A DNA stretch of 62,171 nt, from positions 1 to 62,171 of the IMG/VR virus record IMGVR_UViG_3300044613_000656; one strand, 5' to 3'. The first letter of the stretch is position 1; every line of letters begins with the position of its first letter. The notes under the pieces were generated by a model. The model ran no database searches. It saw nothing but the letters and a program-made list of their open reading frames with translations, and was not told the origin of the DNA. Source of the DNA: a virus (taxonomy: Duplodnaviria; Caudoviricetes). This document shows, piece by piece, positions 53,915 through 62,130 of this stretch. The translations under genes were made by a program, and so were the position numbers.

Positions 53915-54098
53915 CCTCGGACTTTTTCCATTGTCGCATCGCCCATTTTAAAAACATCTTTTCTATTGTGGTCAGGGGCATCTTATTAATATCTCTCATT
54001 TGAAAGGCTTCAAAAAGCCGCCCACTCACATAAAGAAGTTTTAGTTCTCTACATAAGACCCCATCTGGCAACTTCTTGAAGATTGTGTCTAGTAACAT
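53652..54098 (-). CDS. Hypothetical protein
   Basis: 148-aa ORF, GAGAG upstream. Confidence 0.55.
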   Translation of the reverse strand: MLLDTIFKKLPDGVLCRELKLLYVSGRLFEAFQMRDINKMPLTTIEKMFLKWAMRQWKKSEDAKKYAHNREEFKHWATKLAITGRDEVIESGVINSNPYIPYIPPPIRANVGTVGVALQNTTGKTTCSKVFQSNEEHNRQRRKTEDVK

Positions 54099-54134
54099 GG
54101 CTCTCTCAAAAATGATCCGAATCCATATCAGATA

Positions 54135-54398
54135 CTATTTTTTTACCCTGTTTTTACTGCCTTTCGGTCTACCAACCTTCTTTGGGGCGGTAGTCACAGA
54201 TGTGACTTTCTTGGGTTGTCCCTTTTGTTTGAGTTGCTGACCTAACATCTTAATGATCTCTGCCTTTTCAGCCAGCAAATTATCGCGCCGCTTCATTTCC
54301 CAGTCCCAATAATCGCACTCATCTCTGAGTATGCTTACTTCCCGCGCCAACAAATCAATCAATATGCCCATATTTAGACTATCAATCTTGACCTTCAT
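54135..54398 (-). CDS. Coiled-coil protein with AT-hook-like tail
   Basis: AGGAG SD; KKVGRPKGSKNR. Confidence 0.7.
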   Translation of the reverse strand: MKVKIDSLNMGILIDLLAREVSILRDECDYWDWEMKRRDNLLAEKAEIIKMLGQQLKQKGQPKKVTSVTTAPKKVGRPKGSKNRVKK

Positions 54399-54467
54399 TT
54401 AATTTCTCCTGTATTTTCCCCTGTGGGGAACGGGTTTCAAGGCGGGTATTCCCGCCCTCCTGTGGGT

Positions 54468-54495
54468 AAAAAAAAATCCCACCGCTTGGGTGGGA
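54468..54495 (-). terminator. Rho-independent terminator
   Basis: TCCCACC/GGTGGGA stem then T9 on - strand. Confidence 0.8.
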
Positions 54496-54555
54496 CAAAC
54501 TTGGAGAGTAAAAGTTCCCTATATTTTTAGGGATGGAGTAAAAATCGGTCAGTCG

Positions 54556-54858
54556 TCACAATGTGACTTTCCCATCTAAGAAATCTAAAACCGCAATAAG
54601 TTCCGTAAGATCCTCACGTACCACCAAAGCCAAGCCCTTACACAACCTAATACGCTCTAAGTTGTTTTCCTGTAGGGCAGTTGTTCTGCCGCTGCCAGCC
54701 TTGCACTCAATGCCAATAAACTTTCCCCTATAACAACACACGATGTCGGGGATGCCCGCTGATCCATAACCCGATGCCACCGGGTAGAACCAATAGGCTC
54801 CCCTCTCCGTAAGAAGTTTAGTTACCTTAGTCTTGACTTTCCGTTCCGGAGTTTGCAT
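54556..54858 (-). CDS. VRR-NUC nuclease (resolvase-like)
   Basis: TPE.KVK, GIPDIV, GIECKAG, TALQ. Confidence 0.88.
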   Translation of the reverse strand: MQTPERKVKTKVTKLLTERGAYWFYPVASGYGSAGIPDIVCCYRGKFIGIECKAGSGRTTALQENNLERIRLCKGLALVVREDLTELIAVLDFLDGKVTL

Positions 54859-55819
54859 CTATCGTCACCTGTGGATCTTCCAAATCCTCACCGACAATAA
54901 TATACACCGGAACCTTGTTCTCGACTAGCGTCACAGTACCAACACCCTCTACGCCTTGCGAAGGTTTTTGATTCTTATAATTGCTAGGTTCTATTGACTG
55001 CTGTGCGATCTCAAGCAAACATAACTTACCGAAGATTGCTGGGTGCAAGTCCTCTTTCTTTTCATGTGTTGACATAAAATACTGTGCCACCATGTCGTTT
55101 GAGTTCTCCTTCTTGACAACTCGCCGATGCACCACCCGATAGTCACCATTGTGATTCTTGACGACCATGACTGAATACTTACGTAGTCTGTCTCGGTACT
55201 CTTTGGATTCCTCAAACTCCTTGCGTCTTTCTAAGAACTTAGTACGCAAAGTGTTGACCGCAACGGTATCTCGACCATTGAACAAATCATCGAACAACTC
55301 CAAATTACTATCGACATTGGCATAGGCCACATTACTAAACACGCTCTCAAGAGAACGCTTGTGGGCACTAAACTTTGTTGCCTCCTCGATTACTTCTTTA
55401 GCATCTTGAGCAAAATACTTATGATTGGCTGGAGTCGCAGCCTTGATCAACTTCACACAGTCTAAGATCTTAGCCGTATTGCAAGTCCGCTTGATAGACT
55501 TTGGATCTTTCTTATGCACGTTGTAATTGTATTCAAACTGCAACTGCGTGTTTGTGCGCTCCTCACCCGCAGGGTTATACAAACTAATCTTACAGACCAA
55601 TTGCTCAAAGTCATAGACATGGATGGAATCAAAACAAGCAAAAGAACTATTGTATGCACCCTCTACTTTGAGATCAAACTTCTTGTACGGATGGGTGAAC
55701 ATAAGATGTTCTATTGCATACCCATACATTCGATCAGTCTCCTTGGCCCGATCAATATAATTGATCGCTTCGGCGGGCCGACACCATTTAGTTTCTAGTG
55801 GATTAAGTGGTTGTAACAT
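54827..55819 (-). CDS. Hypothetical protein (330 aa)
   Basis: Long ORF with GGAGG SD. Confidence 0.8.
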   Translation of the reverse strand: MLQPLNPLETKWCRPAEAINYIDRAKETDRMYGYAIEHLMFTHPYKKFDLKVEGAYNSSFACFDSIHVYDFEQLVCKISLYNPAGEERTNTQLQFEYNYNVHKKDPKSIKRTCNTAKILDCVKLIKAATPANHKYFAQDAKEVIEEATKFSAHKRSLESVFSNVAYANVDSNLELFDDLFNGRDTVAVNTLRTKFLERRKEFEESKEYRDRLRKYSVMVVKNHNGDYRVVHRRVVKKENSNDMVAQYFMSTHEKKEDLHPAIFGKLCLLEIAQQSIEPSNYKNQKPSQGVEGVGTVTLVENKVPVYIIVGEDLEDPQVTIDANSGTESQD

Positions 55820-55832
55820 TGTGATTTCCTCC

Positions 55833-56684
55833 TTAGAAATCGAATTTGTTTAGGATTTCATTGACACGACTACGCACGTCCTGACGAACAAGTACGCTAT
55901 CCCTGAGATCTTTGGCTGTGATACCCAACAACGCTTGCTCCAAGTCCTTACGGGCTTGCTCCAACTGCGGGTCATTAGTCACATTGAGATTAGTCAGCAT
56001 CCCACACAACTCGGTTGCATTACCAATCAATGAATCACGAAAGACCTTCTTGGCGCCGTCGTCAGAAGATTCAAGCCGATCAGAAAGATGTGTTAGCGTG
56101 GTATGCAAACGCTTCCAGATATCCGCCATAGCCTCTTTCAACTTGTTGTCGTAGTGACTTGTGTATTGAGTTTGCAGTTCAGCCATCGCCTCGTTGCCAA
56201 CATCAACACGAAAGTCCCCCGCCTCGGGTAGAGGGAAGTAGTTCACGTTGAAGTAAAACTTACGCTCGATCTCGTCTTGGTTCGGATACTCGTCACGGTT
56301 GAATAGACTACCCAACTGAAACGCCATCTGAGATATTAAGGTTGGGTACATAGTCACAAAGTGATTCTTCAGCGTATTAAACTCTTGCATCTTGGTGTTC
56401 ACTTCAGATGTGTAGTTTATGTACTGCTTCAACGTGAGCAAACGAATACCACTATCTGACCAAGGTATGGTCTGCTTGTAGTGCCAATTACGAAAGTTAC
56501 CCACAAAGTTCTTGATGTCCTCAAGTTCTTTGACCCCTGCCAATAAGTTCTTACGGTAGTTACCCGCCTTGACCTTAGTGCCTTTACTGAGATCCACCTC
56601 ATCAGACACCTGACGGTCTAACTTGTTTGCAGTCCAATTACCAATGTTCAACTCCACCAACATCGCTTGATTTGAGATACTCAT
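55833..56684 (-). CDS. DUF3150-like protein
   Basis: W.ANKLD, T.PWSD.G.RLL, LG.LFN..EYP, DFRVD, LNVTNDP.L; partner of AAA/VWA genes. Confidence 0.65.
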   Translation of the reverse strand: MSISNQAMLVELNIGNWTANKLDRQVSDEVDLSKGTKVKAGNYRKNLLAGVKELEDIKNFVGNFRNWHYKQTIPWSDSGIRLLTLKQYINYTSEVNTKMQEFNTLKNHFVTMYPTLISQMAFQLGSLFNRDEYPNQDEIERKFYFNVNYFPLPEAGDFRVDVGNEAMAELQTQYTSHYDNKLKEAMADIWKRLHTTLTHLSDRLESSDDGAKKVFRDSLIGNATELCGMLTNLNVTNDPQLEQARKDLEQALLGITAKDLRDSVLVRQDVRSRVNEILNKFDF

Positions 56685-56700
56685 TTTTACTCTCCTTAGA

Positions 56701-57894
56701 TTAAAGATGAATTACTTTACCAACAACATCTACTGACTTCGCACCACTTACTATCCAAACTGTCGGAGGCATGCCTGACCAATCCGTTGCACTAACCTTA
56801 CCAATGTAACCATCAGTTAAGACAATCATCACCTGAGATGTCACATTGTGATTCCTCATGTAGTTAGCCACACACGTAGGATCAGTACCACCACCACCGG
56901 AGGGCTTCGTGCTACTAGCAATCTCAAGCACTCTGTCCTGCTCATACACCTCATGCTTACACACATTAGTATCCCAATACATGAGATGCACTTTCTGTGG
57001 CATGACCGTACTACAGATATGCGCGGTCTCGGTTAGAAACTCTTGCAACTCTCTGCCACCAATCGAGCCTGATGTATCAATAGCAATCACAATACTGTCG
57101 ATAGCCTCGGCGATCTGCGTTGGCATATAGATATCTTGTGACAAGAACCTACGGCTAGGTCTGCGCCATGAAGAATCACTTCTGTTACTACAGGTCGAAA
57201 TCATGTATTCCCGCAGGAGTTCATAAGGATTGATCTTCGGATTAAGAAGTTCTGCAAAGGCACGGTCTCCACCACTACCGGCCTCACCTTTCTTCTTGAG
57301 CAACACTTCTCCTTGGCGCAGTGCCTGATCGATCTTGCGCTCAACCTCTTTGATCTTTTCCTTATCCCAACTCTTGGCCTCATCCCAGCCATGCTCATCA
57401 AAGCCATCGCCATCACCATCGCCACCTTCGGGATCACCACCCTCTTGTTTCTCCTTCATCAGAATGTTAAAGACCTGTCTTGTGTCCATGCCATCAAACC
57501 GCTCATCCATCAGACCACCTTCGGGCATAACACACACTTCGCCATGCGGGTCGTACTTCTTGATTTGCAGGTTGATCACATAATCGCAAGCCATGTTGGC
57601 AACTTTAGCGTCGATGTCATGTAAGTCACGCCAGATCAAAAGATGTTTGTAAGCCTTGTGCCAATTCTCATGCAAGACCACAAACGCCAACTCTTTCTCG
57701 GACAACTTACTGACGAACTCGCGGCCATACTTGACGTTAAGACCATCCGTATAAGCCGTTTTTGTAGGTGAATCAATAACATCAACATCACCAGACACCA
57801 ACACACCTGACATAAGAATAAACTTCTTATGCGCCATGAGAGACACATGAACTCTGTGCAGTCTCTCTTCCACGCTCAACTTTGTTATATCCAT
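56701..57894 (-). CDS. Metallopeptidase (DUF2201-like)-VWA fusion
   Basis: TAYTDG, LHENWH (HExxH), N.ACDYVIN; MIDAS DTSGS, GGGGTD, LTDG; GAGGAG SD before 57894. Confidence 0.88.
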   Translation of the reverse strand: MDITKLSVEERLHRVHVSLMAHKKFILMSGVLVSGDVDVIDSPTKTAYTDGLNVKYGREFVSKLSEKELAFVVLHENWHKAYKHLLIWRDLHDIDAKVANMACDYVINLQIKKYDPHGEVCVMPEGGLMDERFDGMDTRQVFNILMKEKQEGGDPEGGDGDGDGFDEHGWDEAKSWDKEKIKEVERKIDQALRQGEVLLKKKGEAGSGGDRAFAELLNPKINPYELLREYMISTCSNRSDSSWRRPSRRFLSQDIYMPTQIAEAIDSIVIAIDTSGSIGGRELQEFLTETAHICSTVMPQKVHLMYWDTNVCKHEVYEQDRVLEIASSTKPSGGGGTDPTCVANYMRNHNVTSQVMIVLTDGYIGKVSATDWSGMPPTVWIVSGAKSVDVVGKVIHL

Positions 57895-57939
57895 AAACTT
57901 CTCCTCATAAATCACATTGTGACTACGCCGCTGCTGTTC

Positions 57940-59004
57940 CTACTTAGCAAAGATGTAATTGTTTTGGGTAGCCCACTCAATAAACTCTTTGCACCCTGCT
58001 GACTTGGAATTATTTGAATCAAGCAACTGACGGGCAAATAAGCCTTGGTTCTCTTTCTTCAAACGATTCATGTACGTCACCCACTTCGGCATCTGTTGAG
58101 ATGTAACATGAGCCACCGCTTTGTACACAAGAATACAAACTGCGATAGGATCATCCGGTATGGGAGCCGTATCGGGACTAGCGATCAACGATTCAAAGGT
58201 CGGCAACTTGTCATCGAGATTCACAAACGCATGCAGATCCCTAGCACCCGCTTCACCTAACAAACCAATCAAAGATGCAAGCATCGCCTCATCACCAATA
58301 GCCTTACGCTTCTTCACAATGAAAGATGCTTTCTCAAGGGAACGTGGAGAAACGAAACCTAACTGTTGTTCCTTCGGGTTGTAGACGTACTTGTTCTTGT
58401 CCTGACCGCCATCCATGTACGAATACATGACCTCGGGATACTGATCAACAAATGCCAAAACTTCTTCTGTCACATTGTTATTCATCGCCCACTTTACCCA
58501 TTGTTTAGATGTAGGCTTACGGAACACAACGGGGGCCATACGGTTTTTAGCGTGCGCCTTGAGATGATCACCTACGTTATCCGCAAACAAGTTACCCGTA
58601 GCGAATACAAGAGACCCTTCCGGCAACTTGATGTCACCAATCCTACGCTCTAAGATCAAAGGCAATAGCATGTTCTGCACCGATTGGCTGGCCTTGGTCA
58701 ACTCATCTAGCATGATGATGACGGGCTTGCCTGTATGCAATTTGAAATGCGAGTTCGGATAATACTTAGTGCAGTTCAACTCCCGATCAATAAACGGCAT
58801 CGCAATATCGCCAAGATCAAGGTTTGCACAATCGATGTACGCAACCTCATGGGAAGGGAAACGTGCGCTGAGTGGTTTTAGCATGCTCGATTTGCCAACC
58901 CCCGGCTCGCCTTGAAACAAATAGCAAACGTCACTACCTAGTTCTGCGACCATCGATACTGCTTGGTCATAATCTACTGATACTCCAAATGATACTCGGC
59001 TCAT
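57940..59004 (-). CDS. MoxR-like AAA+ ATPase
   Basis: GEPGVGKS, IMLDE, ATGN, NRM, SPRS. Confidence 0.9.
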   Translation of the reverse strand: MSRVSFGVSVDYDQAVSMVAELGSDVCYLFQGEPGVGKSSMLKPLSARFPSHEVAYIDCANLDLGDIAMPFIDRELNCTKYYPNSHFKLHTGKPVIIMLDELTKASQSVQNMLLPLILERRIGDIKLPEGSLVFATGNLFADNVGDHLKAHAKNRMAPVVFRKPTSKQWVKWAMNNNVTEEVLAFVDQYPEVMYSYMDGGQDKNKYVYNPKEQQLGFVSPRSLEKASFIVKKRKAIGDEAMLASLIGLLGEAGARDLHAFVNLDDKLPTFESLIASPDTAPIPDDPIAVCILVYKAVAHVTSQQMPKWVTYMNRLKKENQGLFARQLLDSNNSKSAGCKEFIEWATQNNYIFAK

Positions 59005-59046
59005 ATAAACTCTCCAAAAGATGTTAATGATTTAACTTCAAAATAA

Positions 59047-59071
59047 AAATCACATATGTGATTTCCCGTCT
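59047..59071. promoter_or_regulatory. Palindromic box AAATCACATATGTGATTT + CCCGTCT
   Basis: Perfect 18-nt palindrome upstream of AAA gene; near-identical to 61113-61137. Confidence 0.65.
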
Positions 59072-59141
59072 ACTGCAAGACAGCAACTGCAAGATCCAAC
59101 AAATACAAAACCACAACTACCTTGATCAACAACATGCTCAT
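59070..59141 (-). CDS. 23-aa hydrophobic peptide, not in ORF track
   Basis: MSMLLIKVVVVLYLLDLAVAVLQ; GGGAG SD. Confidence 0.45.
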   Translation of the reverse strand: MSMLLIKVVVVLYLLDLAVAVLQ

Positions 59142-59209
59142 TTACTCCCATATATATAAGACAACAAACAGGAACTTTAGTTCCCCATCAGGGGCATTTG
59201 GCTCGTCTT

Positions 59210-59416
59210 TTACACCTCCACTAGATTTGTTATTACCTCATTGATTGTGTCTGCCAACTCGGGCCAATCAGTCTTTAAGTGTTCCACGATTACCCGCAGT
59301 CGCTCTACGTCATCACCACCTATGATGTAATCAGAACCTGAATCATTGTCCACCATCAGGGTCTGGTTGTTGTTCTCATACATGGTTGTCCAATTCCTAT
59401 TATTTTTTGCCATCAC
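59210..59416 (-). CDS. Hypothetical protein
   Basis: ORF overlapping upstream gene end. Confidence 0.6.
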   Translation of the reverse strand: MMAKNNRNWTTMYENNNQTLMVDNDSGSDYIIGGDDVERLRVIVEHLKTDWPELADTINEVITNLVEV

Positions 59417-59543
59417 GTTTGTCCTTTCTGATGTCGTTCCATATCAATAAACCAATCCCTACAAAAACAATTACTACAAACCACACTAATCCTTGGGCCG
59501 CTTCTGCCGCCATGCCCGATTCGTACCACCAACTTGTTTTCAT
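59400..59543 (-). CDS. 47-aa single-TM protein, not in ORF track
   Basis: MKTSWWYESGMAAEAAQGLVWFVVIVFVGIGLLIWNDIRKDKRDGKK; GAGGAG SD. Confidence 0.65.
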   Translation of the reverse strand: MKTSWWYESGMAAEAAQGLVWFVVIVFVGIGLLIWNDIRKDKRDGKK

Positions 59544-59554
59544 TTCACTCTCCT

Positions 59555-59833
59555 CTACTGTGCATGCTCACGTTCAAAGTCATCAGGCGGTAAGTGCATC
59601 GACAACCATAAATCCATCTCGTAGGAATCCTCTACCTCTGCCCAAGATTGGTCGTCATCCATAGCCTTCACACACCGCTCTGCCCACACCTCCGCATCTT
59701 TCTGTAGACGGAAAATCCCCGTTGCTACTTTTAAGGGAATCGGAATACTCGGGTATTCTAAGTAGACGTGTGCTGAGAACTTATACTTTGCACGCCCATC
59801 CCCCGTCTGCCCAATCATTGTCTTAATCTTCAT
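59555..59833 (-). CDS. Hypothetical protein
   Basis: AGGAG SD before 59833. Confidence 0.7.
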   Translation of the reverse strand: MKIKTMIGQTGDGRAKYKFSAHVYLEYPSIPIPLKVATGIFRLQKDAEVWAERCVKAMDDDQSWAEVEDSYEMDLWLSMHLPPDDFEREHAQ

Positions 59834-60164
59834 CAGGTAACTCTCCTTTCTCACGCATCTCTTGCAGTACGTGCTTGGCTATCGCTCCGAGATTCTTCTC
59901 GTCATAGTTTTTCTCAGACACATACCGCATGCTTGCCTCGCCCAACTCCATGCGAGCCAACTGTGTCTCAGGTCTGCACAATCCATAGTGATGGATCAAT
60001 GCAGTTAAGTGCGTTACTGTTTTCTTTAACTTCTCATTGTTTGACTTCAACTGCGAGTGATTTATTGTGTCCTCAAACTCCTCCATATCCTTGCCCTCAA
60101 GGTAATGCCTGATCTCAGCGTTGAGATCCACATACGTCTTACCTGTAACACCTTTAATCTTCAT
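59823..60164 (-). CDS. Hypothetical protein
   Basis: GGAG SD; packed operon. Confidence 0.7.
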   Translation of the reverse strand: MKIKGVTGKTYVDLNAEIRHYLEGKDMEEFEDTINHSQLKSNNEKLKKTVTHLTALIHHYGLCRPETQLARMELGEASMRYVSEKNYDEKNLGAIAKHVLQEMREKGELPDED

Positions 60165-60489
60165 TTAGTTTCTCCATGTTTCTTGCACATACCAATTGTG
60201 GTTCATCGTACTGCGGAAAGATGACGTATAAACCTGTGCGCTCAAAGAACCTAGCCACGACCCCAGCACACTTAGTAACACGATCCAAGACAACTTCGCC
60301 AATTGCAAATCTCCTATTAAAATATTTTACGTGCTTATGATCATCGGCGTGCATACACTCCGTCACCACCGCCTTTTCCTCATGGGCATACTTGTGCATA
60401 TAATTTAACTCTGCCTCAGTAAATTTGTCCCACCTCTCCATCTCGGTAAAAATGTGTACTAATTGTATTGGTTCGGCTTCCTCTCTCAT
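60154..60489 (-). CDS. Hypothetical protein with SH3/KOW-like C-terminus
   Basis: FAIGEVV...GVV pattern. Confidence 0.65.
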   Translation of the reverse strand: MREEAEPIQLVHIFTEMERWDKFTEAELNYMHKYAHEEKAVVTECMHADDHKHVKYFNRRFAIGEVVLDRVTKCAGVVARFFERTGLYVIFPQYDEPQLVCARNMEKLNED

Positions 60490-60761
60490 GTTGTCTCCAA
60501 CCTAGAGATCTCACTACACCAACACAACACGCTAGCCTCACTATCAAACACTATCCGAACTGCATCTAGTAAGGGGATGTGTTTTACAACCACACCCTTT
60601 TCACCATTGAACTTCCACACCACAACTTCTCCAACCTGAAAGTCACGTTTGTTATTGTCGGTCACTTCACTACTCCTCTTGATTATTGACGCATCTAAAC
60701 GACCCGCAAACCAATTGAACAACTTGGCCTCCAAGTCCTGACATAAAAACTCATCGCTCAC
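60486..60761 (-). CDS. Hypothetical protein with SH3/KOW-like C-terminus
   Basis: FQVGEVV...GEKGVVV pattern. Confidence 0.6.
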   Translation of the reverse strand: MSDEFLCQDLEAKLFNWFAGRLDASIIKRSSEVTDNNKRDFQVGEVVVWKFNGEKGVVVKHIPLLDAVRIVFDSEASVLCWCSEISRLETT

Positions 60762-60874
60762 TCCTTATCCCCCCTCCCCATCACAATGCACGCTAAGAAG
60801 TAAACGCAAAAGGCAATCAGGATCAGTCCCAGTGCGTCGTTGAACATCCGTAGAAACTCTGCAAACTCTCTCAT
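60758..60874 (-). CDS. 38-aa single-TM protein, not in ORF track
   Basis: MREFAEFLRMFNDALGLILIAFCVYFLACIVMGRGDKE; ATGA and GTGA couplings on both sides. Confidence 0.65.
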   Translation of the reverse strand: MREFAEFLRMFNDALGLILIAFCVYFLACIVMGRGDKE

Positions 60875-61095
60875 TTCACCAACCCTCCCTTGTTATTAAT
60901 CCCTCTAGCCGCCTCAAGGGCAAACTCCCTTGTGAAGAACATCGGCCCTTGCTTATGGGGGGTAAGTACGCACCACCCCTTGCGTTCTTTTACTGCCTCC
61001 TTGTCACCGCAAGCAAGACATGTTTTCTTGCCTATCTCCCACCTCCCTGCGGTTATGTATTCACCGCAAAAGATGCATTGGGTTTCTGTACTCAT
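60871..61095 (-). CDS. C4 Zn-finger protein (DksA/TraR-like finger)
   Basis: CIFCGEYITAGRWEIGKKTCLACG; GGAGAG SD before 61095. Confidence 0.65.
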   Translation of the reverse strand: MSTETQCIFCGEYITAGRWEIGKKTCLACGDKEAVKERKGWCVLTPHKQGPMFFTREFALEAARGINNKGGLVK

Positions 61096-61112
61096 AGAAC
61101 TCTCCAGTCCAA

Positions 61113-61137
61113 AAGTCACATTTGTGATTTCCCGTCT
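61113..61137. promoter_or_regulatory. Palindromic box AAGTCACATTTGTGATTTCCCGTCT
   Basis: Near-identical to 59047-59071, just upstream of an SD. Confidence 0.65.
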
Positions 61138-61303
61138 GATGTAGTGCATCGGTTGACGGGGTCGTAGGGAGCGCATCTTGTCCCATATATGTTAGACAGT
61201 GGGCGGGGGTCTTAGTTCCTAGACGGGGGAGATCTTAGGGGCGGGATTGGTTAAGTTCTCAGGGGTTGTTTGGGTGTTGGGGTGGCTCATCTGGCTCACC
61301 TTT

Positions 61304-61579
61304 TTAGCATCTGTCGTCTTTATCTTCCTCGTTCCACTTCTCTAGCACCTCCTCACGCCTAGCCCTCTCGTTGCGCTCGGCTATCTTTATGGCATCGGAC
61401 TTACTTAGCCTTGCCACCTGCATATCGGGGTGACAGTAGCCAAACTCTTTTTCTAGCGATATCTGCATCCTCACCTGCGCCTCTACATACCTTAGTCGCG
61501 CCATGAGTTCTTCTTTCCTGATCTTCTTGAGTTCGCGGCGCTCCATCTCCTCAAACATCTCGTCTTTCGCGCTACCCAT
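61304..61579 (-). CDS. Charged helical hypothetical protein
   Basis: TAATG coupling to upstream gene. Confidence 0.7.
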   Translation of the reverse strand: MGSAKDEMFEEMERRELKKIRKEELMARLRYVEAQVRMQISLEKEFGYCHPDMQVARLSKSDAIKIAERNERARREEVLEKWNEEDKDDRC

Positions 61580-62130
61580 TATTTCCCCCTTATCGCCTTG
61601 GCAACCATCTCGTCGAACCGCACCCGTATCAGTTCAGCCACCACACCTTCGACTATCGTTTTCTCCACGGCGCGGATCTCTCGGGCCACACCCCTTTGGA
61701 TCTCGCCCACCACCATCTCCACAAGTCTGCCCCCCAGTAGTTCTTTGACTTCCTCAAACTGACTTTTAGATAGCAACGTGCCCCCACTTAGGGTTTCCGC
61801 AAGCCTGACTTTTGACTTGGTTCTTGGGCCGACGGCGACTCGGGAGTGTTCGGGGTTTACGCATAAGTTGTTATTGCAAGTGCGGAATATGCGGCCCGGC
61901 TGGTGGTCAGGCACTTTGTTGATGGTCTTGAAGATGTAGGTCGCGGCTGAGCCGTTCTTGTATCGGGCTACGTTGGTGTTCTTATCGACTGCGCCTTGCC
62001 AATCCCAGCAGTTGGTGACGGTGTTGGGCTTGGTGTTTTGGTGTACCCAATCTATAAAGATGTTTAGGTGTTCTTCGGTCTCGGGCTTGCCGGTGCTTGT
62101 TTGGTAGTTGGGTTCGCGGGTGGTTAGCAT
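61579..62130 (-). CDS. HNH/His-Cys-like Zn-loop protein, probably nuclease-dead, with helical C-terminus
   Basis: CWDWQGA...RTCNNNLCVNPEH; AAGGA SD. Confidence 0.7.
   Translation of the reverse strand: MLTTREPNYQTSTGKPETEEHLNIFIDWVHQNTKPNTVTNCWDWQGAVDKNTNVARYKNGSAATYIFKTINKVPDHQPGRIFRTCNNNLCVNPEHSRVAVGPRTKSKVRLAETLSGGTLLSKSQFEEVKELLGGRLVEMVVGEIQRGVAREIRAVEKTIVEGVVAELIRVRFDEMVAKAIRGK

Noticed and set aside
59171-59184. GGAAC-TTTA-GTTCC as a Gram-positive-type LexA box
   Set aside because: Single occurrence and no evidence for such a host; could be chance or part of a GGGAAC-containing promoter motif
54192-61130. TCACA/TGTGA boxes as CRP/FNR or parS sites
   Set aside because: CRP needs TGTGA-N6-TCACA (opposite order and spacing); parS has no spacer in TCACGTGA; no ParB seen
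61219-61290. 23-codon Pro/Thr-rich ORF on - strand
   Set aside because: Composition follows from the G-run tract; too short and featureless to support
94-61748. Numerous antisense and alternate-frame ORFs in the track (e.g. 4342..4806, 13510..14031, 49750..50181)
   Set aside because: Shadows of well-supported genes, lacking SD and recognisable motifs
41298-62130. Integrase/lysogeny module
   Set aside because: No tyrosine or serine recombinase motifs and no CI-like peptidase repressor recognised
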